DNA from: Chlorokybus atmophyticus | Lineage: Eukaryota > Plantae > Mesostigma and Chlorokybus algae | Assembly (NCBI GenBank): GCA_009103225.1 | Contig: RHPI01002069.1 | Location: forward strand, 2,442,846-2,506,845 | Direction of reading: 5' to 3' | Length of the DNA stretch: 64,000 nt | Shown here: one piece after another, positions 38,815 through 50,999 of the stretch | Layout: the number at the start of each line of letters is the position of its first letter | How positions within the stretch are numbered: position 1 is the first letter of the stretch | Made by a program: the position numbers and the translations under genes | The notes under the pieces: model-generated | Database searches by the model: none | Told to the model about the DNA's origin: nothing | Seen by the model: only the letters and a program-made list of their open reading frames with translations

Positions 38815-41104
38815 CGTGCGACAATGCGCATTGACACAATGACCAGTCCTGTACTTACTGCTTGACAATGCCTTGTGTAGCTGCTGGGTCCTTATACACT
38901 AAGTGCTTAAGAACTAAGTTCATGAGCATATATGCCAGGTGCTACACACACCATGACTATACGAAATCCTCACTTAGTCCTTCTTACTTACCACATAAGT
39001 AAGGAACTAAGAGTGACATAAGCCAGTCCTTTGGACGTGACATTCCTCCCCTCCCCACAGGCATTGCAACTTCCACGTTGCAAACTGGTGGAACACAAGT
39101 CCCGCATAATGATTGCAAGCAAGGTGGCCAGCCCTTCTGAACCACCGCACACTACGCGTAAAACAAGTGCAAGTCACGGGAGTGAGAACCAACTCTGATA
39201 CTAAGTAACCAGCGCGCGCATGTTGGCATGTCACAGAAGAGTGTTGTACACGTTGCAACATTGAGCACAAGCTCTGGAGCACAAGCCCCTTCAAGTGGCA
39301 CCTTTGGATTTGAGCTCACTCTCAAACTCTTCCAACTTAGCAGCACATTTGCCAAGTTAGAAATTGGCTCCCAGATGTTATGCTCTTCATCATAACCCAG
39401 CCACTTTGCCAAGTACTCGGTTCGAAAGCCTTTCTTGAATTTCCTGAACCACTTACCAAAAATGGCCTCGACCTCATACTTAAGGTCGCCCTCTACCTCA
39501 ACTGGAGGTGAAGGTGGCTAAACTCTACCATCACTCTTGTACTGCTTGAGCAGCGCCCCACGAAACACATTGTGGATACGCATGCTCTTGGCAATTCAAA
39601 GCCGAAAGGCTCGTGATCCCACAGTTGCAGAGACAATGAACGGCCCAAGCCACCTTTGCAGAAGCTTACATACACCACTGGTCTTGAGCCTAATGTTCTT
39701 AGTCCTCAACAAGACCTTGTCCCCAACTTGCAAGCCCTCTCATGGCCTGCGCTGCCGATTAGCATACATCTTATGCCGATTTTGAGCTGCTTTCATGCAG
39801 TCCTGGGCACTAGCTAATGCAGCGTGCATCTGGTCTATAAAGTCTCTAGCCGTTGGCACTTTGCCGAACGACTAAAGTTGCAGAGTCATAGGCGTCACAA
39901 GATACCTATCATAGTTCAGATACAACGGAGTGCTTTGCAATGACTCTTGTGATGCATTGTTCACTGCGAACTCAGCCAATGCGATATGCATATCCCAGTC
40001 ATCAAACATGGGTGAAGTGTAGTGTTACAACACATCTTGCAGCACTTGGTGGTAGTGGGTTCGCACGCTCTGTCTGCCCATCACTCCAAGGATGGTAAGC
40101 GGTGCTCAAGCTCTTATGTTCCAAAGTACTGACACACAGCTTGCCAGAACTGACTGGTAAACTTTGGGTCACGGTCAGATACCAACTCTTTGGGTACCTC
40201 GTGTCGTTTGAACACTGTGTATACAAAAGCATACGCAACCTCTTACGCACTCATGCTAGTGCGATAGGGTTCAAACCGGACCATCATAGTAAGACGGTCA
40301 ACAAAGACAATGATGGCATCACGCCCTCTCTTTATCATTGGCAGATCTGTGCTCAAATCCATACTCACAGTTTCCTTTCCTATTAGTAGCTTGGGATAGC
40401 TAGCGGCTTCAATAGCCATGCTGGCTTCGGATGTGAGGCTTTGTCACTTTGACAAGTATCACATTTTTGTGTTGACTTCGTTGCATCAACAATAAATGTG
40501 GGCCACTAGTACTCGCTGCAGCAACTTGATGGTTTTGGTCACGCCCATGTGACCATTGTACACTGCGTTGTGTGCTTTTAACAGACACTCTTTCCGACGG
40601 AAAAGTGCATCTGGCACAATCAACTTGCCCTCACGGTACCACATGCCTTTGTGACAAGTGATCTTGTCGTCTCCTTGCTTTAGCAACTCAACAAACTATT
40701 GGTCAAGTGCATAAGCCTGCGGTAGACGCAGCAATGTCTTGCACATCATCAAAAAGTGAGTCCTCCCCACTTGCATCAGCAACTGCCATTGGTTCCTCAA
40801 TACAAACCGAGTCACTGAGGTGACCTGCAGTTGGCAACTCTTCGGCACAAGCCTCACTTGGTTGCGAATCAAATAGCCTTTGCACATGAGACCTTGTTGT
40901 TGCTCCCATTCTTAGGGTTGTGCTCCCTTTTCTATGGTGCATACTTGCCCGAGTCATTGCTGTCAGCAACAAAGACGAGCAACTTAACGGGTCTGCCACG
41001 TTCAGTCTCTCTAGTTTGTATACCCAAGTGAAGTTGAATCGCGACAAATAGTCAGCCCATCATGCTTGTCTTCTCGACAAGGTTGGTTGGGTTTGAGAAA
41101 ACGT
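38815..41104 (-). mobile_element. Chromovirus (Ty3) remnant: RNase H end, integrase, chromodomain, PPT and 3' LTR
   Basis: TQPTLSRRQA*WADYLSRFNFTWVYK; AHNAVYNGHMGVTKT; HPWSDGQTERAN; chromodomain YEVEAI...EYLAKWLGYDEEHNIWEPISNL. PPT ggggaggggaggaa is followed by TGTCAC at 39042. The far LTR end is approximate. Confidence 0.85.
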
Positions 41105-41869
41105 TATGCGCGAGCATGTAGTGTCATGTGCATGGTGCCCTCGGGGCTGGCGGCATGGATGGACCTTGGGATTTCTGCTCTCGTAGCCATTTTACAGGGT
41201 TTATGTGTTGGGTTTTTGTTGGGAACTCATGTTTGGGTCCTCATGGACGTGAGGGAGGTGTGTTCGAGGCGTATCTACAGTCAGATACCAAGCTGACAGC
41301 ATATTTGAGTCATTATGGTATCCCGCGCAGCTGTTTTGGAGTTGTGACTTTGAGAAGCCATAACTTACAGTTGGAGTGGCGGTTTGGCCGTGGGTTGGCG
41401 TCAAATGATGCGTTTTAAAGTGTACTCGAAGAGGATAGGCTTGAATAAGCCTTTCCTAACCGTTTACCGTTACTTATCAACGCCATCATGACTGTTACTA
41501 TGCTGGTGCAGACTGACAGTTAGGGTAGTTGGAGAGTTGGTTGGGCTTGGGCTCAACGGTGGTATATAAGGCTTTGCTAGCTTGTTTCCTAGTTTGGTTG
41601 GATGCAAGTTGGCCTACTGGAGTGCAAGCAACACCTTTGGGAAGAGGTTCTTGGCTGAGCGGATGCTTGTGCACATGCTTGCATGTATGGTGTGTGTGCA
41701 CGTGTTCGTTGCTGTGCATGAAGGGGTGTGTGTCACTGTTGCGACTTTGATGCACCGTATGGGCTGCCTTAGCATGTACATTGAGTGAGGATTGAGTTTG
41801 GACTGCTCTACACGAGTGAACGGCTGATTGCAAGTCAAGTTGTGGTCATCTTGCCTACCTTTTGCAAGG

Positions 41870-42807
41870 GGACACGCATCTTTCACTATGTGTGTCTACC
41901 ATGTGATGAGAGGCAGTGCATGAGATAGCATGACATGGTCTCATGGTGTACAATAGCATGCGGACATGCATGACAAGGTGGTTTACGACGAGTTCGAGCC
42001 ACGATGAGGGAAGGCACGTCAGCTGTCATGCGCGAGCATGTAGTGTCATGTGCATGGTGCCCTCGGGGCTGGCGGCATGGATGGACCTTGGGATTTCGGC
42101 TCTCGTAGCCATTTTACAGGGTTTATGTGTTGGGTTTTTGTTGGGAACTCATGTTTGGGTCCTCATGGACGTGAGGGAGGTGTGTTCGAGGCGTATCTAC
42201 AGTCAGATACCGAGCTGACAGCATATTTGAGTCATTATAGTATCCCGCGCAGCTGTTTTGGAGTTGTGACTTTGAGAAGCCATAACTTACAGTTGGAGTG
42301 GCGGTTTGGCCGTGGGTTGGCGTCACAAGATGCGTCTTGAAGTGTACTTGAAGAGGATAGGCTTGGATAAGTCTTTCCTAACCGTCTACCGTTACTTATC
42401 AACGCCATCATGACTGTTACTATGCTGGTGCAGACTGACAGTTAGGGTAGTTGGAGAGTTGGTTGGGCTTGGGCTCAACGGTGGTATATAAGGCTTTGCT
42501 AGCTTGTTTCCTAGTTTGGTTGGATGCAAGTTGGCCTGCTGGAATGCAAGCAACACCTTTAAGAAGAGGTTCTTGGCTGAGCGGATGCTTGTGCACATGC
42601 TTGCATGTATGGTGTGTGTGCACGTGTTCGTTGCTGTGCTTGAAGGGGTGTGTGTCACTGTTGCGACTTTAATGCACCGTATGGGCTGCCTTAGCATGTA
42701 CATTGAGTGAGGATTGAGTTTGGACTGCTCTACACGAGTGAACGGTTGATTGCAAGTCAAGTTGTGGTCATCTTGCCTACCTTTTGCAAAGTGACACGCA
42801 TCTTTCA
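41870..42807 (+). repeat. 5' LTR (TATA box 42485-42491)
   Basis: Near-identical by eye to 49918-50860; ends ...CATCTTTCA immediately before the PBS. Confidence 0.85.
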
Positions 42808-42866
42808 CTTGCATCCAACCCATCAGCTGAGTTTGCTCGAGGTAGAAGCAAGTTGCAGGCGAGTTC

Positions 42867-45257
42867 ATGCCCACCAGATCTGGAGAAGACTGGCAGTCAC
42901 GCCCACCCAATCCGCCCTCGAAGAGAGGAGCGAAAGGAAGGATCACTCCGGTGGAGGAGGGCCTTGCCGAAGAGGTGGAGTTGTCGAGTGACGAGGAGTC
43001 CGACATCGAGGACGTGGGTGGAGAGATGCATGATTCAGCTGCAAGCATGGATAGCACACCGATGTTCAGTGGGAGGCCTGGCACGGCGGACCTACGGGAC
43101 TTCATCGAGATGGTCAAATGGGAGTACCGGGACAAGTCGGGGTGGGACGAGCACAAAGCCTTCAAGATGTTGCCTCTATACCTCAGGGATGAAGCTCTCG
43201 GCACGTGGAGAGAGTTCAAGGAGCAGCTGGAGGTGAGGGAGAGGGCGTTGCGGCTCGGCGCACCGGCTGCGTTTGAAGCGGAGTGGAAGAAGGAGCAGCC
43301 CGTGACTGAGTTCAAGGCGCTCTTGAGGAAGACCTACCCACAATCAACACCCGCCAAGGTTCGTGAGCTGAGTTTCTTCAAGCGCAACGTCGGGGAGACG
43401 GCGAGGATGATGTATACGCGCATGCTCAAGCTCTTGACGGACACGGACTACAAGGTGATGACGGATCAGACCGCGGCGGTTGTGTACCTTCAACAACTAG
43501 AGGCGGACTTGAGGATGAAGGTGGAGACCATGTTGACCACTCGGTCCGAGTTCGGCACATACACGCTTGCGGATGTCTTCAAGGTGGCCGAGACGGCAAA
43601 AATTTAGCATGAGTACCTCAAGAACATTGACCGGCAGCGTCGGGGGTTGTAGTTGCTTGAGATTTCGGAGGAGAAGAGCTCTTCCAAGCCCGCGGCGACA
43701 TCGGCGGCAAGCAAGGCAACTGGTGGGAAGCTGAAGGAGTTCAAGCACGCCAACAACGCGGTTGTGGAAGGTGTGTCGGGTGCCAAATGCTGGTCGTGTG
43801 GCGAGCAAGGCCATATTGCAAGGGATTGTGGGAAAGGCAAAAAGGTGGTGTGCTCTCATTGCAAGAAGGGCGGGCATGTCGATGCCAAGTGTTGGAGTAA
43901 GGATCCGGAGCTGCGTCCACAACAAGGAGGGGCAGTCGGAGCTCACTCGAGTGTGAGAGCAGAGCCATCAATGTCGGAGGTGACAAAGGCATTGGCGGCA
44001 ATGCAATCGGAGTATGCATTGTTGAAGAGCATGCTCGAGCGAGGGAAATGGCCCGAGAGAGGAGCGGAGGATAAGCCAAGCAGCTCCGGAGGCTACCTCG
44101 CTTATAGTGCGCTTCACAAAGGCACTAAGGTGGCAGCGGTTGCGACGACGAGAGCGTCGGCACGCCAAAACGCTGCACCAGCTCCCCCGACTAGGATGGT
44201 TGAGGAGGAGGCCGCGCCCGTCCGCGAGGAGGGCGTGGATCATGATAGGATGCTGGCACCAGCTGCACGCATGCCTATGTCATTCAAGTTGCTGCCAACA
44301 ACCCCGTTGGAGTAAGAGAGTTCGCGCTTGGAGGGTGCGAAAGTGCAGCCGACCGCTATGGCAACGGCGCAACATGATGTCGGCGTCGGTGGCGGTGGTG
44401 AGCACAAGAGAGTGGAGGAGCTGCTACAAATGTGTGTAAAGCTTCTTGAGGGTGCCAAGATGCTTTCCCAACAGCCCGCAACTCAAGCCAATGAAGAAAA
44501 CTTGGGGTTGACGGCGCCGTTGGAGAGCGTTGCGGCGGAGCTGGTCGGGCAGCCGCTTGTTCGCTTGAAGGACCTTGGAGTCAGCAAGGAACACGTGGTG
44601 GAGCTGCTGCAAAGTGCTCTAGACACCACAAGGACTGCCTCGACAAAGTCTCATGAAGATATGGTGGCGCAAACAGGCTATATGGCTGCGCACGGAGCTG
44701 GTGGCGTCGGAGGGGTCGGCGTCGGCGTCAAGTTCTCTCACTCAGCTTGGAGACAAGCTAGAGGAAGGTGTGGGGAGTGTAGGAGGGATGTTGGCACAGC
44801 TTCCCGCCACTCGGCCGGCCTTGAGAGAGAAGATATCGCCAAATGTGGCGATGGTGGACAACCGAGGGGGGCACATCAGCCTAGATGGCTTCGTGCCGGA
44901 TGTTGTCTTGGTGGATACAGGTGCCCAACCTGTCATTTTGGGTACTAGAGCTGTCAAAGGGATGGGACTCAGCCCCAAGGAGTGGGAGCCATGCCCGTCA
45001 CGATCAATATCTCGGCGGGAACCGTAGAGGCCGTGTGCGGCATAACGGTGCAGCCGGTGGACATATGCTTGAATGCGTTGGGAGGTGCTACCACGACCTT
45101 CAAGGTTCGATGCCTCATCACGGATGCGAAGGGGTATGATGTGCTGCTCGGACAAGACTTCTTGTACCCCGTCGGAGGCGGCGTTGACAATTGGATCGAA
45201 CAAGGGTTCTTTCGGCCGCGTTGGCGTGTGGGAGGAGGTTAGAAGGCCTACTTTCCG
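42867..45257 (+). pseudogene. gag (two CCHC knuckles) and aspartic protease
   Basis: ORFs 42867, 43653 and 44328 share one frame, separated by stops. CWSCGEQGHIARDC and CSHCKKGGHVDAKC; VVLVDTGAQPVILG...YDVLLGQDFL across two frameshifts. Confidence 0.88.
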
Positions 45258-45599
45258 TTGAGCATCACGCAAGGGGGTGTTGAGAAATCTCCAACATCCG
45301 CATCTGCTGTTTGGGCGTGCTTGGGTCGCCGTTCAGTCAAGGGATGGCTTGGTGACAGCACCGACATGTACTATGACCATGTGGAGGAGGGGGAGAATGT
45401 CTCCACGCACATGGAGGAGGGGAGACCTCCGAAGCTGGTCTATATGGCTCAAACTCAGTCGCAAGAGCTGGAAATGGCTGCACAACACCGTGCTCAGCGG
45501 CAACAAGAGGCTCGAGACAAGGTTAGCCAAGCATGGATGAAGGATGTGATGGCATTGGAGCCGCCGTTGCTGCCCGAGGGTGTGAGAGCTGTCCATCCG

Positions 45600-46041
45600 C
45601 CTATCAACTACAACACCATCGAGTGGAAGGTGCCCGAGGATGGTGTTGTAATGGTGGAGCTGTTTGGTGGCATTGCAAGTGGGCTTGCGGCCGCGTTGAA
45701 TGGCGGCATCAAGGTGCGGCGCTACGTCTATGTGGACCCTTCGCCAACGGCACAACAAGGTGCACAACATCATGCGAGGATGTTGTTGAAGAAGTATCCA
45801 GATCTGCTACATGAGGGTGCGGTGAAGGACTTTTAAAGCACATGGCCGCAAGACATTTGCTTAGTGGGGCCACATCATCTCGCGGCAATCGGCCATGTGG
45901 ATTTGCTTGTAGCGGGGTGGGAATGCCAAGGGCATTCATGGGCTGGTTATGGCAAGGGATTGATGGATACGCGCTCGTCATTGTTTTGGGAGTTGGTGCA
46001 CGTCGTCAACATGATTCAGCAAGGCCAAGAGCAGCCGAGAC
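45600..46041 (+). pseudogene. C5 cytosine methyltransferase, N-terminal half (motifs I-V) within pol
   Basis: VELFGGIASG (motif I); DLLVAGWECQG (motif IV with catalytic Cys); GLMDTRSSLFWE; one in-frame TAA at 45834. Confidence 0.88.
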
Positions 46042-48740
46042 AAAGTCACCTGGCTGAAACTTCTGCAGTCTTGGCTTGTAGAAGCCACTCCTCACCCTGG
46101 CATAGCGCAACGTGTCGCGGTGTTGCACCACTTGCAAGTTGCCAAGTGCGATTGGCATCACACGCCGAAACAGCTCCGCACGCTTCGCCATCTCCTTCTC
46201 CCACACAGTGGGATCCTCCAAGTCAAGCTCATGCTCAACCTGTCTCCGGATTAATGTTGGCAGTATAGGCTCTCTCCCATACAACAAAAAATAGGGGCTG
46301 AATGAGCTCAACGCAGCCTGCCGCGTCATGCGATAGCCCATCGCCAGCCATGGCAACGCCAAGTTCCAGTCTCTTTTGTTGTGGTTGAGACAGTACTTGC
46401 GAAGCCCCTTTTTCACCACCTGTACCATTCTCTCATCAAGCCCATCGGCTTGAGGATGGTCACGGGAAGTCCTTCGATGGTCGATGAAGGCTTGCGCCAA
46501 CAAGGCATCGAACTGGCCACGAAACTTGGTGCCTTGGTCAGTGAGAACCTTAGCACAAGCACCGAATCTGCTCAGTACTTGGTCAAGGAAAGCTTCACCT
46601 ACAAGCTTGCTCTCCTTTGATGGCAGCGCCACGACCTCGACCCACTTTGAAAAGTGCTCTATCATCACGAGCACATAGCGGTTGCCTCTCTTGCTGACTG
46701 GTAGATCTCCGGCCAGATCTAGGCTCCACCGATAGAATAGTCCTTGGATAGGCAGAGGGTGCAGCTGTGGGTGCTTGGTATTGAAGCTTGCCTTCACCCT
46801 GTCGCACTCCACACAACTTGCAACAACTCCCGCCACGGTAGACTGCATGCCAGCCCACCAATATGCTGATTGCACAAGCCCAAGTGTCCTCTTGTCACCA
46901 AAGTGGCCCATCTTCTCATGGAGCAGCTCCACAAGTGGCTTCCTCTCATGTGGTTGGGGCACAATCCTCACACCACCATCCGGCATCAAGCGCACAAGGT
47001 GGTCTCCCTCCCACCGATAGCGTTGCGCGCGTTGCCACACGCGATCTCGCGTCGCCGTGCTGCAACCAGCTTGGAACAGCCCGGTCTTGAGGTGAGCAAG
47101 CACTGGCTCATCCCTCCAAATGTCCTTTGAAGCCTCGGCTTCCTCCCCTTCAATGTCATTGACCGTTGGGGCTGGAGCAGCCTCCAAAGGCGGCATCGCA
47201 CCATCGTTGTCGCTCTCTCCAGCTGCGTTTGCGCGCGTGGATGCGCATGCTTCCACCGAACCCGCCAACACCAGCAAAGAGGCCACACGGTAGGCCAAAA
47301 ACCCAGCCACGGGCATGCCATAGTCATGCCTCGCCTCACTCTCATCCAACGATAAAGGGTTTGGGTTCCTACTCAGCCCATCCGCGTCCATGTTGTCAAC
47401 ACCAGCTCGGTGTTCAATCTCAAACTCATACTCCTGCAGTATGAGCGCCCACCTGGCATGCTTCCCTGTGAGCTTGTCATTGGTCATGAACCACTTCAAG
47501 AGCTGATGGTCGGTGATAAGTGTGAAGGGACGGCCATAGAGGAACGGTCTGAAGTGAACGATGGCCCAAACTACTGCCAAACACTCCCCCTCATAGGACC
47601 TATAGTTCGCCTCAGCGTTGTTGTTGCTTCGGCTGCCGTATGCGACCACGTACTCCTTCCCGTTGTCGTCATGTTGACACAACACGGCCCCAATGCCCAA
47701 CCGGCTCCAATCCGTGTGTAGGATGAAGGGACGGTTGTAGTCCGCCCGTCTCAACACCGGCGCGGTGCATAGCTTCTCCTTGAGAAGCTCAAAGGCACGT
47801 TGGCACTCCTCCGACCAGCACCAGGCCTTGTCCTTCTTCAACAACTCATCAAGGGCTTTGCAATCTTGCTATACCCCTCCACGAACCTCCGATAATAGTT
47901 CGCCAAGCCGAGAAACGCCCGTAGTCGGCTAATGTCTGTCGGTGCAGGCACTTGCACCAAGGCATCCACCTTTGCTTGCTGCACACGGACGCCATCCGGC
48001 ACTATCTCATGGCCGAGATAAGGGATGTGATCAGCTCCGAATAAGCACTTCTCCGGGTGACACCTCATGCCGCTCTCGCGCACGCGCTCGAACACGCGCT
48101 CCAAGTGTACAAGATGCTCCTCTATCGTGTGGCTCAACACCAATATGTCATTGATGTAGCACCGTGCAAAGGGTAGACCACGAAGCACACGGTCCATCAC
48201 ATGCTAGAACTTTACAGGTGCATTCCTCAAGCCGAACGGCATGACCTTCCATTGGTAGAGCTGATCCACTCCCCAAAACGCTGTCTTGCCACGTTCCTTT
48301 GGCTTGATGGCTATCCAGTTAAAACCCTGCCTAAAGTCCACGATGGAGAACACCTTTGCACCACCGATGTCATCAATGATGGCCTCAGGGATAGGCATAG
48401 GGTACCGATCAGCCTTGGTCTTCTCATTTAATGGCCTATAGTCACCACACATCCTCCTTGAGGTCCAGTTTCCCTGTGCATCCTTCTTCAATGGCAACAC
48501 TGTCGCCGCCGCGAAGTCCGAGGTTGACTCCTCGATGAGTCCAGCCTCCAACAAGTCCGCACACTTCTCTGCCACAAACTCCTTCTCCACCTTGCTCATC
48601 CGATACTGCCGACGAAAGATGGGCTCAGGAGAGGTCAACTCAATGTCCATTGTGTAGAAATTGCAGACTCCCAACTCCTTGGTAGAGTAGGCGAAGCAGT
48701 CACGCTTGCGCCAGCAATGCCTCAAGCCACTCACGCTCAT
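46042..48740 (-). pseudogene. RT, RNase H and integrase (inside inverted segment)
   Basis: RMCGDYRPLN, FSIVDFRQGF, MPFGLRNAP, YINDILV, LGHEI, FILHTDWS, TDHQ, LHEKMGHFG, WSLDLAG, LTDQG, HPQADGLDER. Confidence 0.93.
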
Positions 48741-48984
48741 GTGGTGTCACATGCTCGCCTATACACCACTCCATGGTCTGGTCGGTGGCCTTCTCCTGCT
48801 TCAAGGCACCATCCACAGCCGCTTTCTTGCCACTTGCAGCTGTCACAGGTGAAAAAGACACCCCCTTACTCTCCTCATGCTGTACACCATGCTCCCACCC
48901 CCTCGACAGAGGCGCAGGCTCCCGACGCGCTTGCTATCGCATCGGCATGATGCTTGCCACCAACTCTTGTGCCGCCAAGCAGAC

Positions 48985-49541
48985 AACCATAAGCCACACT
49001 ATGCTATTCTGGTCCATGGCTTGTCCTAGCAGCACTCGGCGCTGTTGTTCACTCAGCCCTGGCGCCGCTATGGCACCGGACAAAAACCCCAACGCTCGCG
49101 CTCACCGGCTGTTGGCTTTTCCAACCTGCTGTTTCGTGAGTCCCACACCAGCCCTGGCCCTCCCTTGCGGAATGCATAAGAGCCTAAGTATGTTACCAAT
49201 GTCGGCAACGCCGCCATGTCGTGCCCAACCTGGTTCACCACCTCCAAAGGCGGCCGATCAGCCTTGCTGACCTGTTGTGCTGTGCGCCCATGCTCCAGCA
49301 CTTGGTTGACTGTCAAACCTTGCGGTCTGGAGTACTCTTGCTGCACCGTGCTAAGCAACTCAAGCGGCGCAAGGTTTGTCCACTTCACACGCAGCTGATG
49401 CGCGCGAACCATGCCGTGCGGCATCCATGACCAGCTCATGACCTAGCACATGTCTCACCAGCTGATAGTCCTCTCGCACGCGCTTGCGCTTGTCGTCTTC
49501 AGCTGGTACGTTCTCAATGATGTACGCCACGAGTGCGAGTC
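48985..49541 (-). pseudogene. C5 methyltransferase, C-terminal half (motifs VI, VIII, IX-X), inverted
   Basis: AYIIENVP (VI); DAARHGSRAH..RVKWTNL (VIII); PTAGERER; RRVLLGQAMDQNSIVWL (X). Confidence 0.85.
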
Positions 49542-49861
49542 GCACCATCCTTTGTGTGAAAAAGCTCCTCAACAACGGTGTGTTGTTGTTGGAGGGAGCT
49601 GATGCCAGGACCACCAAGGAGCACATGAAGAACTGCGCTCCTTGCCATCTGCCAAACGTGGATGACAGTGTGGATCCGGCTCTGGCAATACCAGATGTGG
49701 GTCACCGTTGTGAACGGTGTGGCCGAGCAGAGGGCTGGGACACCATGCTTCTATGCAACAGGTGTGTTGCCGGTTGGCACATGGAGTGCCTTCGTCCACC
49801 ACTTGAAGAGATCCCTGATGGAGCATGGTATTGTCCAGAGTGTACGAGGACTACGCGATGA
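49542..49861 (+). CDS. Integrase C-terminus with PHD finger
   Basis: ILCVKKL...NCAPCHLP...CERCGRAEGWDTMLLCNRCVAGWHMECLRPPLEEIPDGAWYCPEC (C4HC3). Confidence 0.9.
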
Positions 49862-49917
49862 GCGTGTGAGTCAGCTGAAGGCGCACGAGGGCTTTGGCGC
49901 TCAGCTGTAGGGGGCGG

Positions 49918-50860
49918 TGACACGCATCTTTCACTATGTGTGTCTACCGTGTAATGAGAGGCAGTGCATGAGATAGCATGACATGGTCTCATGGTGTACA
50001 ATAGCATGCGGACATGCATGACAAGGTGGTTTACGACGAGTTCGAGCCACGATGAGGGAAGGCACGACAGCTGTCATGCGCGAGCATGTAGTGTCATGTG
50101 CATGGTGCCCTCTGGGCTGGCGGCATGGATGGACCTTGGGATTTCGGCTCTCGTAGCCATTTCATAGGGTTTATGTGTTGGGTTTTTGTTGGGAACTCAT
50201 GTTTGGGTCCTCATGGACGTGAGGGAGGTGTGTTCGAGGCGTATCTACAGTCAGATACCGAGCTGACAGCATATTTGAGTCATTATAGTATCCCGCGCAA
50301 CTGCTTTGGAGTTGTGACTTTGAGAAGCCATAACTTACAGTTGAAGTGGCGGTTTGGCCGTGAGTTGGCGTCAAAAGATGCGTCTTGAAGTGTACTTGAA
50401 GAGGATTGAGGAGGCTTGGATAAGCCTTTCCTAACCGTCTACCGTTACTTATCAACGCCATCATGACTGTTACTATGCTGGTGCAGACTGACATTTAGGG
50501 TAGTTGGAGAGTTGGTTGGGCTTGGGCTCAACGGTGGTATATAAGGCTTTGCTAGCTTGTTTCCTAGTTTGGTTGGATGCAAGTTGGCCTACTGGAGTGC
50601 AAGCAACACTTTTGGACAAAGCTTTTTAGCTGAGCGGATGCTTGTGCACATGCTTGCATGTATGGTGTGTGTGCACGTGTTCGTTGCTGTGCATGAAGGG
50701 GTGTGTGTCACTGTTGCGACTTTGATGCACCGTATGGGCTGCCTGAGCATGTACATTGAGTGAGGATTGAGTTTGGACTGCTCTACACGAGTGAACGGCT
50801 GATTGCAAGTCAAGTTGTGGTCATCCTGCCTACCTTTTGCAAGGGGACACGCATCTTTCA
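49918..50860 (+). repeat. 3' LTR
   Basis: Begins TGACAC directly after PPT AGGGGGCGG and ends CATCTTTCA. Confidence 0.85.
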
Positions 50861-50999
50861 CTATGTGTGTCTACCGTGTGATGAGAGGCAGTGCATGAGA
50901 TAGCATGACATGGTCTCATGGTGTACAATAGCATGCGGACATGCATGACAAGGTGGTTCACGACGAGTTCGAGCCACGATGAGGGAAGGCACGACACTA

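Larger units (their letters stand above)
41105..50996 (+). mobile_element. Ty3/gypsy LTR retrotransposon: gag, protease, C5 DNA methyltransferase, RT, RNase H, integrase, PHD; internally inverted, with expanded LTR arrays
   Basis: LTRs of about 940 bp at 41870-42807 and 49918-50860, PPT at 49909-49917, self-complementary PBS at 42808-42820, all domains recognised (see sub-features). Extra partial LTR units at 41105-41869 and 50861-50996. Confidence 0.92.

Noticed and set aside
46006-48740. Separate retrotransposon nested in opposite orientation
   Set aside because: It has no LTRs or TSD of its own, and both junctions rejoin interrupted reading frames, so it is an inversion.
41105-50996. DIRS/Ngaro element with split direct repeats
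   Set aside because: It encodes a protease and DDE integrase, not a tyrosine recombinase, and has a PPT and PBS.
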